Of a stretch of DNA of 64,000 bases, positions 1-10,360 are shown one piece after another (position 1 is the stretch's first letter; each line of letters opens with the position of its first letter). The notes below the pieces were generated by a model that saw only the letters and a list, made by a program, of their open reading frames with translations, made no database searches and was not told the DNA's origin. This DNA comes from an uncultured Gammaproteobacteria bacterium (GTDB taxonomy: Bacteria > Pseudomonadota > Gammaproteobacteria > UBA9214). The stretch covers positions 1-64,000 of the forward strand of contig CAVVHS010000004.1 in NCBI GenBank assembly GCA_963748215.1, read 5' to 3'. A program made the position numbers and the translations under genes.

Positions 1-133
1 TACGGTCAACCTGCAACTAAAAATAAAACACGTTTCTTGCTAACCGGAAGATGATATAACACTGGAATTATAGGGCTGTACCGCTATGAAATCATAGTTC
101 GTCACCCACACTAATCCGCGTAGATCCAATTAA

Positions 134-1450
134 CTACTGTGCATGCGTGCTTGAAGATAGTCGGTTTAAATTTCCGCCTTTTGCTACCGCATCATTTAAT
201 ACATTTTTTGATATCGCATGCAATGCAACAGTCAAAGCTAACTGTACCCAAAATATTGGGTAAAACAATACGCTAAAGAAAAAGCTCGAAATCAAATAAG
301 AAATCAATCCTCCATCAAGTCCATGCGCAGTATAAAACATAAATTTATTATTATGTCGTTTAGCATTTATTCTAGTGCGGTAGTTAGTAATAAATATAAA
401 AATTATAATTGAAGCGTAGAGAATAAAGCCTGTTATCCCTGTTTCGGAAACTGACTGTACTAGAGTATTGTGCTGTACAGAACACCGACCACTATTATTT
501 ATCCCATAAGGATTCATATACCAACAATAATCTACCCAATTAGAATACCCAATACCAAACATAGGATATTCTCGCATTACTTCCAAACCAAAATCCCATA
601 GTGCCAACCTCATAACAGAAGTGGCGTCTTCCCCAGCAACCTCAAATTCTTGAAACATTCTTTCGGGTACCAGAGCATAAATAATACTTGCAATTATAAC
701 AGCCCCAACTAAAGCTTTAAGACCCAGTTTACTTTTGATCAGAAACCATGTTCCTGCTGCAATAACACCTAACATTGCTCCACGTGAACTTGTTGCAATT
801 ATCGTAAATATTCCTGTTACCGGTAAGAAATAAAAAAAAAGTTTTTTATAATTATTCCAGTAGCCTTTTAACGCCAAGAGAAATCCAGTTGCGAGCGAAA
901 CAAATATTGTCATTTGGATACCCAAATCACCGGAATCCTTGAACCATCCGGGCGACCCTGACACTCCCCAAGCACTATAGCCTCTGAGTAAAAAACTACG
1001 AAAACCAAACTGAGACATTTTAAAATTGACTAAAAAGAAGATTAGCATGAAGACAATATATCTTTTTTCTGTATTGATAATAGTAATAATTAAGAAATAA
1101 AGAACCAGCCAATTGGTAACAATATCGAATTTAGAGAATGCTAGGGCTGGCTTAAATGCAAATATGGCAGACAGTAATACGACAATAAAGTAAACAATGA
1201 ATAGAAAATTTCCAGAGCTTTTGACCCACTTTACTTTTGTATCAGTTATCGCAAATACACAAGCTACTAATAATGCAAGCTGGCCCCATGGAAGGATATC
1301 AATGATTGGATATAGTGACTGTGGTCTTACATATTCAAGAATAAAATATATACATAGCCACCAAAACGCAGGACTCTCCTGCTTGACAACCCCTTCCAGA
1401 TTGATCTGAGCTTGAGCGCGTAATAATCCGTGATAGGGATTTCGGCCGTT
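134..1450 (-). CDS. O-antigen ligase/Wzy-family membrane protein of the EPS locus (5' end frameshifted near 1385, start approximate)
   Basis: Multi-TM; motifs TSSRGAMLG, R..LW..G, P.FGIG, HNT. The frame of ORF 134-1048 stays open upstream to ~1380 (ESPAFWWLCIYFILEYVRPQ); the N-terminus (DYYALKLRSIWKGL) is in another frame. Very AT-rich. Confidence 0.75.
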   Translation of the reverse strand, partial: NGRNPYHGLLRAQAQINLEGVVKQESPAFWWLCIYFILEYVRPQSLYPIIDILPWGQLALLVACVFAITDTKVKWVKSSGNFLFIVYFIVVLLSAIFAFKPALAFSKFDIVTNWLVLYFLIITIINTEKRYIVFMLIFFLVNFKMSQFGFRSFLLRGYSAWGVSGSPGWFKDSGDLGIQMTIFVSLATGFLLALKGYWNNYKKLFFYFLPVTGIFTIIATSSRGAMLGVIAAGTWFLIKSKLGLKALVGAVIIASIIYALVPERMFQEFEVAGEDATSVMRLALWDFGLEVMREYPMFGIGYSNWVDYCWYMNPYGINNSGRCSVQHNTLVQSVSETGITGFILYASIIIFIFITNYRTRINAKRHNNKFMFYTAHGLDGGLISYLISSFFFSVLFYPIFWVQLALTVALHAISKNVLNDAVAKGGNLNRLSSSTHAQ

Positions 1451-1988
1451 TGTTTGATTTTGCCGGTAATTTCATCGACTGAAGACTCTATGCCTGCAAA
1501 GCATTTATCGAAATAGGCCGCATTGGAAGCAAACGGATCATGTATATAAGGCTGCGGATTCGCGCCCCACAAGCCCAGCAAGCTGCATGCGTTGTTTTTT
1601 CCATATTTATTTTCAAGGTATATGGCCTGCCATGGTTCCATGGCAATGAGCAGATCGCTTTGTTGAATCAGTAAATATCTGTATCGGCGTTGTCCTTGGT
1701 TGTGCAGGTCATAACCCATCTTATCTGCAGCTGCATGGCCGTTGCATGCGCCGGTGCACCTTGGAAGTATCAATACCGCAGGAATTGCTTCAAGGCCGCA
1801 TGATCGGGATACGGCTTCTGCGTAAGCGCTTCTGCAGATATTCCCTCTTGCAAATAAATACCAGTCGTTCTACTGATTTCCAGTCAATTTGCTGATAATT
1901 ACGTCCGATCCAGCCAGCAGGATATTGCATCCGCCAGTAGCTGACCAGGCCCCGTCGTGAACCTATTATCCTTGATCCAGTGGTTCAT
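1450..1988 (-). pseudogene. Low-molecular-weight protein-tyrosine phosphatase (Wzb-like) with several indels
   Basis: Pieces across frames: RLVFICK-GNICRSAYAEA (CX5R P-loop), DLLIAMEP, IHDPF; ATG at 1988. Decay and sequence error cannot be told apart. Confidence 0.7.
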
Positions 1989-2130
1989 TAAAATTGGCTT
2001 GTTTATAATGTGTGAAGTCACCGCTGATACTGTAGCAGCGTCTGGAACTAGTTATTCGTAGTGAGCAGATAAAAATTCGAGTACTGATTGGATCCTTTTT
2101 CAAGCTGTCATGTGAGGCCTATTTCATTGC

Positions 2131-3303
2131 ATGAAACGCGTTCTTGTACTAGATGCGGCACAGCGCAGCGCCCTCGCGGTAACCCGCTCATTGGGCAAGC
2201 GGGGTGTCCCTGTGTTCACAGCAGAGGAGACCCCGGCCGCGCTTGCCGGATGCTCCCGTTTCTCGAAACGGCATTTAGTCTATCCATCGCCCAGACTATA
2301 TCCGGATCAGTTCGTTGATGTTCTAGCTGGCCTGGCAAACGAGCATCATATCGATATCGTGTTGCCGATGACTGAATTGACAACCACCCTGCTGCTTGAA
2401 CAGCAAACCACTTTACCCGGCACTATCCTCCCTTTTCCGGACATGAAGACAGTCGACTCGCTGGCTGACAAGTGCCACCTGATGCGCTTGGCGGAGTCGC
2501 TGAATATTCCCATTCCCCGGACCTGGTACGCCGACAACCCTGCCTCACTCCCAGTTCGCCTCGACGAACTGCCCTACCCCGTGGTTCTCAAACCCGGCAA
2601 ATCCTGGCTACTCCACCACGGTCAATGGATTGGTGCTTCTGTACGGTTCGCTGATAATCCATTGGACGCAGAGAATATTCTTTCTTCTGAGCCGGCGTTC
2701 AGTGCACATCCGTTTTTAATCCAGGAATGTGTAGCGGGTCATGGAGAGGGGATATTCGCATTATACGATCGAGGCAACCCTGTCGCGTTCTTTGCCCATC
2801 GCCGTATGCGCGAGAAACCCCCCTGCGGCGGTGTCAGCGTCTTGTCAGAAAGCGTTGCGCTGGATCCGGTATTACACTCACACGCACTTTCATTGCTGAA
2901 CAGTGCTGGCTGGCATGGTATCGCCATGGTCGAGTTCAAAGTGGCTCCTGACGGTACGCCCAATCTAATGGAGGTGAACACGCGGTTCTGGGGCTCGCTC
3001 CAACTGGCTATAGATGCCGGTGTAGACTTCCCTTATCTGCTGTACCAAATGGCGTGCGGGGAACACCCCGATCCGGTGGATGATTATAAGATCGGCACAC
3101 GGCTTCGCTGGCTACTGGGCGATCTGGACAGTCTGTATCTGACGCTTCGCGACCGGCGCTACACGCTTAGCCGGAAGGCGGGCGCTATAAGGCGTTTCAT
3201 TACACCCTCACCATTCAGGACCCGGCATGAAGTGAATCGGCGCGGAGATTTAGGCCCGGCCTGGTACGAAATCAAGCAGTATGTAAGAGATATTCTTGAC
3301 TAA
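2131..3303 (+). CDS. ATP-grasp domain carboxylate-amine ligase
   Basis: PVVLKP, LIQECVAG, GIAMVEFK, LMEVNTRFWGSL. Confidence 0.85.
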   Translation: MKRVLVLDAAQRSALAVTRSLGKRGVPVFTAEETPAALAGCSRFSKRHLVYPSPRLYPDQFVDVLAGLANEHHIDIVLPMTELTTTLLLEQQTTLPGTILPFPDMKTVDSLADKCHLMRLAESLNIPIPRTWYADNPASLPVRLDELPYPVVLKPGKSWLLHHGQWIGASVRFADNPLDAENILSSEPAFSAHPFLIQECVAGHGEGIFALYDRGNPVAFFAHRRMREKPPCGGVSVLSESVALDPVLHSHALSLLNSAGWHGIAMVEFKVAPDGTPNLMEVNTRFWGSLQLAIDAGVDFPYLLYQMACGEHPDPVDDYKIGTRLRWLLGDLDSLYLTLRDRRYTLSRKAGAIRRFITPSPFRTRHEVNRRGDLGPAWYEIKQYVRDILD

Positions 3304-3546
3304 CCCTCGTTTCCGGGAGGCTTCTCCTGGCAGGCTCTCGCGTCGCTGCTTTAATGAAGAACCACCTGATTCCGACTTTGATTATGGTGACTCTGGCAGA
3401 TATTCACTCTGTTGAAAGATATCACCGCAGCAACTCTGTTACTTTCCACTGTCTAGCGAAAACTAAAGCACGACTCTCAAAAACGTGTTCCCCATCAACC
3501 AGTTCGTTAACCTTGCACATCGAAAGGCAAGGGCCTGGGTGACCTT

Positions 3547-4686
3547 TTATTTCCACTGACTACCAAACGTCTCCAGGATGGCTTCAGCAGCCATTTCGTT
3601 TGCCAGTGAGCCAGGGTGTGGATCTAGCCGATTGGCCCAGAGCTGCGTAGCGGGTGATATATGGGCAAATACGGGACGCAGGTCAAGACACTGAATATCA
3701 TTCCGTACACAGGCATCCATTACCCGATCAAACAGGAAGCCATAGGGATAATTCTCGACAGAATTACCCGTCTCGACAAGATTAGGAAACATAACAATAC
3801 CCGTCGGGATATTACTGTTTTTTACCAGAGCAATGAATTCATTCAGTTCCTGGTTAGCCCTGCGGGAGTCCGCACTGTCAGGATCAGAAAAACGTCTCAA
3901 CATACTGTCTTGATATGTTTCGATTATCCCTGTCTGGCTTTGCAGTTGACTCCATTTTGCGTTGATCAGATAGAAAAGTGCCGAGTTCTTATGCAGCCAG
4001 CCTGACAAGTAATCCGAGGGAAAGAGACGGTAGGGCTTTGGCCGCCCAGACTTTTGATGGCCTTCTACATCATTTGAAAACCACTGCAGAAGAATGTAAT
4101 CCGGCTTCACCTCAAAGACATCTTCAAGCATACGAATATGGTCAATCGTCTCTGCACCCGGCCTGCCAAAATTCAACACTTCGTATCTTTTACTGACACT
4201 GTTTAGTTGGCGCTCTATTCTTGCGGAAAATCTGTCATCTTCCGGTATGCCTTGTCCGTAAGTGTATGAATCACCAACTATCGCAATGCGATACACACCG
4301 GGGTCTTTTTGTTTTGATATTTCGCGCTCACGAAAGCCGTACTGGTTTATTAAAGGTAGATGATTTTCCTTCCAGCGTTGTGCAAAATAACTGGTGTTAT
4401 CTCCTGTCGTCGTAATATCGTCAAACAGGTATCGAACAAATATTTCTGCAACACCCAGGCACAAGATTGTCGTTATGCCTAAAATTACCACGTTGATTAA
4501 TAATGCCTTCGCTCTTACCAACCCAATTGTTTTCACCACAACATAAGTGACTATGGGAATAGCGACTGAGGCAAATATTAAAAATTTCCCGACAAATAAC
4601 AAACCTTTGTTATCCGAAAGAAATAAAACTGGCAGCCCCACCAATAACAATATTAGTGAAGTAAAAAGAATCCGCTGAGTAAGCAT
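3547..4686 (-). CDS. Membrane-anchored SGNH/GDSL hydrolase family protein (possible O-acyl modification)
   Basis: N-terminal TM helices; GDSYTYG, NFGRPG, ND, DPHP. Confidence 0.8.
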   Translation of the reverse strand: MLTQRILFTSLILLLVGLPVLFLSDNKGLLFVGKFLIFASVAIPIVTYVVVKTIGLVRAKALLINVVILGITTILCLGVAEIFVRYLFDDITTTGDNTSYFAQRWKENHLPLINQYGFREREISKQKDPGVYRIAIVGDSYTYGQGIPEDDRFSARIERQLNSVSKRYEVLNFGRPGAETIDHIRMLEDVFEVKPDYILLQWFSNDVEGHQKSGRPKPYRLFPSDYLSGWLHKNSALFYLINAKWSQLQSQTGIIETYQDSMLRRFSDPDSADSRRANQELNEFIALVKNSNIPTGIVMFPNLVETGNSVENYPYGFLFDRVMDACVRNDIQCLDLRPVFAHISPATQLWANRLDPHPGSLANEMAAEAILETFGSQWK

Positions 4687-4747
4687 AAAGTCTAAGTTCT
4701 AATCCAGGAAAGAATATTGAGATGGAAGACAATAATCCGCTCATATA

Positions 4748-5878
4748 TCAGGATAGGTGTACATCCTCGGTGTTTATCAGGCTATCGTAAATCTTCTCAT
4801 ATGCTGCGAGCATCACGTTAATTCCATATGTGGATTCGGCATATTTCCGTGCATTTTCTGCAAATTTTTCCTGCAGCTCAGCATTACCAGCTACCAGCTC
4901 TATACCAGTGGCAAGTGCCGCCGGGTCACCTACATCTACCAGACAACCGTTCTGACCGTCGGCTATGAGCTTAAGAAAACCACCGCACCGCGTCGCAATA
5001 ATTGGCAGACCTGCAACCATGGCCTGTATTACTGACAGTGGCAGCCCTTCGGATATTGATGACGAAAGGAATAGGTCAACACTGGCCAGAAACTCGGCAG
5101 GATCATCGAGAAAACCCAGGAACTGGACATTCTCCTCGAGACCCAGCTCTTCCCTAAGCACAAGCAGATCATGGAAAAGCCTGCCCTTGTCTTCCTGGCC
5201 CGCGATTACAAAGCGGAAGGAATGAGGACTCTGTTTCAGCAGGGCGGCTGCACGTAGCAGGATGTCATAGCCTTTGGCTGGCCTGATATTACCCAGACTG
5301 CCAATAATGATATCGTCGTCGGACCACCCGTATTTCCGTCGCAGGGCACCCGACCGGGGGCGCTGAAATAGCGAGGTATCAATACCATTGTAGATTACCT
5401 GCATCTTTTTCGGCTTGAGCGAGGTTCTATCAAGAATATCGTCGCGCAGGCTGTCGGTCACCGCAACGATGGAACTGGCACCGGCACTGATCGCGGCATA
5501 CTTCAGACCCAGCAATCGCTCGTTTTTTCCGATATCGACAGATCCATGAAACGTGGCCACAACCGGCGTCCGTGTAAGCAGGCCGGCCAGCGAACAATAT
5601 ACGTTTGAACCCAGCAAATGTGACTGAATCAGTTCAACCCGCTCACGGCGGATAAGTGTGCGTAGTCCGGCCAGATACCGCCAGTTAAACGAACCCTTGG
5701 CATCGAGCAGGATGGGGTCCATGCCCCGCCGGCAGAGTTCTTCATAAACCCAGCCCTTTCCCCGGATGACCACTAGCGATCGATATTTTTCCTTTGGCAA
5801 CCGGGTTGCCAGGTCAATAAATAACGTTTCGGCACCACCGGGACCGGTGGTGTCGATGACATGGAGGATAGTTTTCAT
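4748..5878 (-). CDS. Glycosyltransferase family 4
   Basis: GGAE, IYNGID, KGYD, SSISEGLPLSVIQAM. Confidence 0.9.
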   Translation of the reverse strand: MKTILHVIDTTGPGGAETLFIDLATRLPKEKYRSLVVIRGKGWVYEELCRRGMDPILLDAKGSFNWRYLAGLRTLIRRERVELIQSHLLGSNVYCSLAGLLTRTPVVATFHGSVDIGKNERLLGLKYAAISAGASSIVAVTDSLRDDILDRTSLKPKKMQVIYNGIDTSLFQRPRSGALRRKYGWSDDDIIIGSLGNIRPAKGYDILLRAAALLKQSPHSFRFVIAGQEDKGRLFHDLLVLREELGLEENVQFLGFLDDPAEFLASVDLFLSSSISEGLPLSVIQAMVAGLPIIATRCGGFLKLIADGQNGCLVDVGDPAALATGIELVAGNAELQEKFAENARKYAESTYGINVMLAAYEKIYDSLINTEDVHLS

Positions 5879-6039
5879 ATTTTTATCCCGTCATCCCAGC
5901 CTTCAACCGATATCCGGCACCGAGGTACTGGGGAGGGGGAAAAATAAGATTCTTCATATGGTTTACTGGAAAAGGAATTTATTCACTATGTTTGCTGCAT
6001 GGGAATATACGTTATTACCAGCCCAAGTTCGACCAGCCT

Positions 6040-6667
6040 GACAGGCTCTCCTGCAAATAACTGACCGGACGAATCCAGTCAAACGTAGTATTGGGCGTAG
6101 CGTGTAGCATGAGGCAACCGGGGTTGGCCCACCTGCACCCACTCGCGACACTCCACAGGTCCTGGCAATTACCCGACACCGAACCACTGACCAAATCATC
6201 ACCACCAGCAAGGCAATCTCGGACCAGGATATCCATGCCCGGCTGGGTGCTGTTCAGACTACACAGGCAATGGGATCCACCTGCAAGCCGGCTTCGTTGC
6301 TGAAGTGGCATCAGGTGAGGCAAATACTGGACTCAAGTCTGGTCGAAATCGGCCGCCATACCTGCCATCATGTACGCCTGTATGTGGACACACTGGCAGA
6401 CCTGATGCAGCGGGAAATCACCAACAGCAAGACAGTCGATTGAGGAAAATACCGGCAAGGCGGCTGATGACGTATTGCTTTCCCAATGGGGATTTCACGT
6501 CGGACGCACTTGAACTGGTCAGACAGCGTTACGTTGGCGCAGTCACGACACAAAGCGGCTGGAACACAGCGGCTACTGATTGTTACCTGCTGTCCCGAAT
6601 CGGCATTCATAATGATATTGCCCGCGACCAGACGGCGTTACTGGCCAGACTCTCGGGGTGGATGTAA
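6040..6667 (+). pseudogene. 5'-truncated, frameshifted polysaccharide deacetylase (start approximate)
   Basis: LKWHQVRQILDSSLVEIGRHTCHH (from 6270) and TYCFPNGD...AVTT..GWN...RIGIH are in different frames; the TFDD-containing N-half is absent. Confidence 0.7.
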
Positions 6668-6668
6668 A

Positions 6669-8102
6669 GTGACAACTCAGGATCACAGGGACAGGAATCA
6701 GATTATAAGCAATCCTGTAACCGCCTACCGGGCTTTGTACCGGAATGCGGACACCCAGAAACTGCAAGCGATCAGCCAGCTTGCCGAACGGCACGACGAC
6801 CTCAAACGGCAACACCAGGACATTCAGGCACAGACACAAAAACTCTCCAGGCTAATTGGCACCGCGAAAAAACAGGGTGAGCCCATCGATACGCTTATCC
6901 ACACCATGCAAGAACACAGTGCGCAGCTCAAGGCCATCGTGAACCAGCAGTTGCACGTTGAAGAAGATCTTCTGAAATATTTTGATCTTCCACCGGCCGG
7001 CGAGGAATCCCCAAACCCGCCGGCACCGGCATTTGATACTCACCGTTATTCAGCGTCTGCCGTTGATGAACAGGATCTCAGCATCGAACACCTGGATGCC
7101 GGGCTGGCAGAATGGAATACCTATGTTGCCAGCAACCCGGCCGCATCCATTTATCACCGGTCAGAATGGCGGGAGCTGATTCACAAGACGTTCGGCCATG
7201 ACTGCCTCTACCTGCTTGCCCGCGACCGTAACAAGGGAGTAGTCGGTGTCCTGCCACTGGCACACCTGAACAGCCGGCTGTTTGGTAACTTTATGATTTC
7301 CATGCCATATTTCAATTATGGCGGCGCTGTCGCCGATCACCCCCTGATCGAACAGCGACTGATGGAAGCCGCCAATGCACACGCCGCGCAGGCAGGCATC
7401 GATCACATCGAATACCGCGACACCCTGCCCCGCGAGGGCCTGCCCGTGCGCAGCAACAAGGTCTGCATGCTGCTGACACTGCCCAAAGAGCAGGATGTGC
7501 TCTGGCACAGCTTCTCCTCCAAGCTGCGTGCACAGATCAGGCGTCCACAACGCGAACAGCCTGATGTCAGGTGTGGTGGACTGGAATGCCTGGATGATTT
7601 CTATGCCGTGTTCACACGCAATATGCGTGACCTCGGTACACCTGTATATGGCAAGGCCTTCTTCAGGAATATTTTGCAGACGTTCACAGAGCACAGCAGA
7701 ATCATCAGCATACACCTGCATAATCGGCCTGTAGCCGCCGCTTTTCTGCTGGGTTATCGAGGGCGACTGGAGATCCCCTGGGCATCATCCATCCGGCAGG
7801 TAAACCACCTGAGCATGAATATGCTGCTCTACTGGGAGGTGCTGAAATTCGCCATTGACCATCAATACACGGTTTTTGATTTCGGCCGCTCCAGCCGGGA
7901 TTCAGGTACTTACCGGTTCAAGCAGCAGTGGGGTGCACAACCCGTCCAGTTGTACTGGCACTACTGGCTGAATGACGCGGCCGAGCTCCCCGAACTGAAT
8001 CCGGATAATCCGAAATACGCACTGGCCATCAGCCTGTGGAAGCGCCTGCCCGTGCCGGTTGCGAACCGTATCGGCCCATCCCTGGTCAAGTATCTACCTT
8101 GA
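6669..8102 (+). CDS. FemAB-like XrtA/PEP-CTERM system protein with an N-terminal seryl-tRNA synthetase-like helical arm
   Basis: GTG at 6669. C-terminal ~340 aa has SRLFGN..ISMPYFNYGG, RNMRDLGTPVY, FDFGRS, FKQQWGA, LNPDNPKY. First ~110 aa align without gaps to the SerRS N-terminus. Confidence 0.85.
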   Translation: MTTQDHRDRNQIISNPVTAYRALYRNADTQKLQAISQLAERHDDLKRQHQDIQAQTQKLSRLIGTAKKQGEPIDTLIHTMQEHSAQLKAIVNQQLHVEEDLLKYFDLPPAGEESPNPPAPAFDTHRYSASAVDEQDLSIEHLDAGLAEWNTYVASNPAASIYHRSEWRELIHKTFGHDCLYLLARDRNKGVVGVLPLAHLNSRLFGNFMISMPYFNYGGAVADHPLIEQRLMEAANAHAAQAGIDHIEYRDTLPREGLPVRSNKVCMLLTLPKEQDVLWHSFSSKLRAQIRRPQREQPDVRCGGLECLDDFYAVFTRNMRDLGTPVYGKAFFRNILQTFTEHSRIISIHLHNRPVAAAFLLGYRGRLEIPWASSIRQVNHLSMNMLLYWEVLKFAIDHQYTVFDFGRSSRDSGTYRFKQQWGAQPVQLYWHYWLNDAAELPELNPDNPKYALAISLWKRLPVPVANRIGPSLVKYLP

Positions 8103-8132
8103 TAGCCCATCACCGGAATTAGCTCATTAAAA

Positions 8133-9173
8133 TTGAAGAATACTCTGAAAAAATGGCTTGTACCGGTTCTCGCCAGTCGCCCGATTGCTGCACTGGCCAT
8201 GCGTCTGCTTGGTTCCGGCATTCCGGTTTTCATGCTGCATCGCATCACGCTGGATGAGAACACGCAGACAGGCGCGGTCACATCCGAGTATCTACGGCGT
8301 TGCCTGACCTACCTGGCAGAGAACCGCTACACCTTCATCTCCCTGGAGCAACTGCTTGTTGCACTGATGAACAATGACAGGCTGCCACCCAGACCCGTGG
8401 TCTTTACCATGGACGATGGCTATGTCGACCAGGCCGAGATCGCAGCCCCCATCTTCCGGGAATTTGACTGCCCCCTGACATTCTTCGTCGTTACCGGCAT
8501 GCTGGACCAGGCACTCTGGCCATGGGATGCCAAGATAGCCTGGTTGACGCAAACGACCCGGCAGCCCGCGCTGAATCTGGACCTTGGTGGCAAACCTGTC
8601 GTGGTCAGTCTCGGCGCAAACGATGACCGCCGGCAGGCGAAACGCGCCTTGCTGGACATGCTGCGAAGTATCCCGGCAGTGGAAGTTCCGGATGCCATAC
8701 GGCAACTCGAAGTGGCTGCCGAGGTCAGGATCCCGGAAGACCCGCCCGCAGCGTACCGGCCCATGGACTGGAATATGGCCCGCATCCTGGAGCGCAGGGG
8801 TGTTCGCTTCGCACCGCACTCGGTCTCACACAATATCCTCTCCAGACTCGACCCGGAATCACTGCAGCATGAGATCGAAGATGCCTGGAACAGGCTGCAG
8901 GCGGAACTGCAGCATCCTCTCAAGGTGTTTTGTTATCCGAATGGACGTCAGAATGATTTCGGTCAGCGGGAAATCGCGCTGCTCAAAAATCTTGGCTTTC
9001 TTGGTGCCGTTTCCACAACACCGGAACCGGTCCAACCAAGGAGAAATCATCCGCAACAGCTGTTCAACCTGCCCCGGCTGGGGCTGCCCGGCAGCATGGA
9101 AGACTTTATCCAGTACTGTACCTGGATAGAATACTTCAAGGGTGGAAAACCCTTATCTGCCGCGAAGCAATAG
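8133..9173 (+). CDS. Polysaccharide deacetylase (NodB family)
   Basis: FMLHR, FTMDDGY, HSVSH, FCYPNG. Confidence 0.85.
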   Translation: MKNTLKKWLVPVLASRPIAALAMRLLGSGIPVFMLHRITLDENTQTGAVTSEYLRRCLTYLAENRYTFISLEQLLVALMNNDRLPPRPVVFTMDDGYVDQAEIAAPIFREFDCPLTFFVVTGMLDQALWPWDAKIAWLTQTTRQPALNLDLGGKPVVVSLGANDDRRQAKRALLDMLRSIPAVEVPDAIRQLEVAAEVRIPEDPPAAYRPMDWNMARILERRGVRFAPHSVSHNILSRLDPESLQHEIEDAWNRLQAELQHPLKVFCYPNGRQNDFGQREIALLKNLGFLGAVSTTPEPVQPRRNHPQQLFNLPRLGLPGSMEDFIQYCTWIEYFKGGKPLSAAKQ

Positions 9174-9183
9174 TACTGCCTTG

Positions 9184-10323
9184 CTAGCGCAGCAGTGATC
9201 GGCAACGCCGGACTACCGCACCCGCCAGTCTCTCCAGCAGAAACCGGGTGCGCCCACGCTGCAGGACAACCCAGTACAGCGGCTCGCTACGATTACAAAG
9301 GATCGACTTGTACAGCTCATTGCCATGCATGAGATCATAGACGTCCATCCCCTGCTCCCGATTGTGCTGCATGGCAAGTATATGCACCACGTAGCCCGGC
9401 TGCAGGCGTTTGTCCGCTGACATAGCAAATCCCGTCTGCTGGACATAGACACGCCCGCGCCACAGGAAATTGTAGAGATAACCGATTACGTGACTGGCAT
9501 TGCGCACACACAACAGCTGAATCTCACCGCTCGCAAAGCGATCCCGAATCAGGGCACGGTGAAAGGCTTCCCAGCGCGGATTGGCAAAAGCACCCCGCTG
9601 ACCTCTCGCCTGACGACGCTGGGTATGTAAAACCTTGAGACCATCCAGAAACGCCTGGGCCTGTCCTGCATCGGCTGCCTCATCCAGGATGAGCGGACTG
9701 TCTTGCTGATAGAGTTGCACGGCGCGCCGGACCTGGCTACGGCGGTTCTTGCTCAAATGAGCCAGGCAGCCTTCCAGCCCCGGCGGCAGGCCGGCCAGGT
9801 CCACCTGCCAGGCCGATGAAACCTCATTGGTCAGCAAACGCGCTGTGTCGGCTACCGCCACTTGCAAAGGTTCATAAGCATCGGCACCCGCAAGTGCACC
9901 GAAGTGGAATTCGTCGCGTGCCGGATAGTGGGCCAACAGATGCTGAACCGCCGCCCGGTAGACAATCACCTCGTGGCCGCACCGTACCAGCAGACCATTG
10001 TATTCCAGCACCATGTTTCTGCCGTCAAGTGGATACTCATTCAGAAACAGGGTCAGGGCATTAATGACGTGATGGCGGTGTAACTCTGCAGGCACCAGGA
10101 TGCCCAGGCCTATGATTGTCTGGTCTGCGTAAACCCGGAGCACCAGGGGGTTCAGGTCGCTGGCGACTTCTGCAAGCCAGGTACCGATCCAGCCCCAGGA
10201 CTGGAAAAAAGAAGCCTTGGCATCAACCTCGAGTGCCTGCCACTGCCGTGCCAGGTCAGGAAGATCATCCAGCGGGCGTGATTCAATCCTGATGTCCGCT
10301 TGTGTGTCGAGTGCTTCAGACAT
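9184..10323 (-). CDS. GNAT acyltransferase, CelD/BcsL-like
   Basis: FFQSWGWIGTW, LSKNRRSQVRR, QPG, YDLMHG..YK; ATG at 10323. Confidence 0.75.
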   Translation of the reverse strand: MSEALDTQADIRIESRPLDDLPDLARQWQALEVDAKASFFQSWGWIGTWLAEVASDLNPLVLRVYADQTIIGLGILVPAELHRHHVINALTLFLNEYPLDGRNMVLEYNGLLVRCGHEVIVYRAAVQHLLAHYPARDEFHFGALAGADAYEPLQVAVADTARLLTNEVSSAWQVDLAGLPPGLEGCLAHLSKNRRSQVRRAVQLYQQDSPLILDEAADAGQAQAFLDGLKVLHTQRRQARGQRGAFANPRWEAFHRALIRDRFASGEIQLLCVRNASHVIGYLYNFLWRGRVYVQQTGFAMSADKRLQPGYVVHILAMQHNREQGMDVYDLMHGNELYKSILCNRSEPLYWVVLQRGRTRFLLERLAGAVVRRCRSLLR

Positions 10324-10360
10324 GCGGCTTGCCGTGCATGAGCACAATCGAGCGCAGCAT

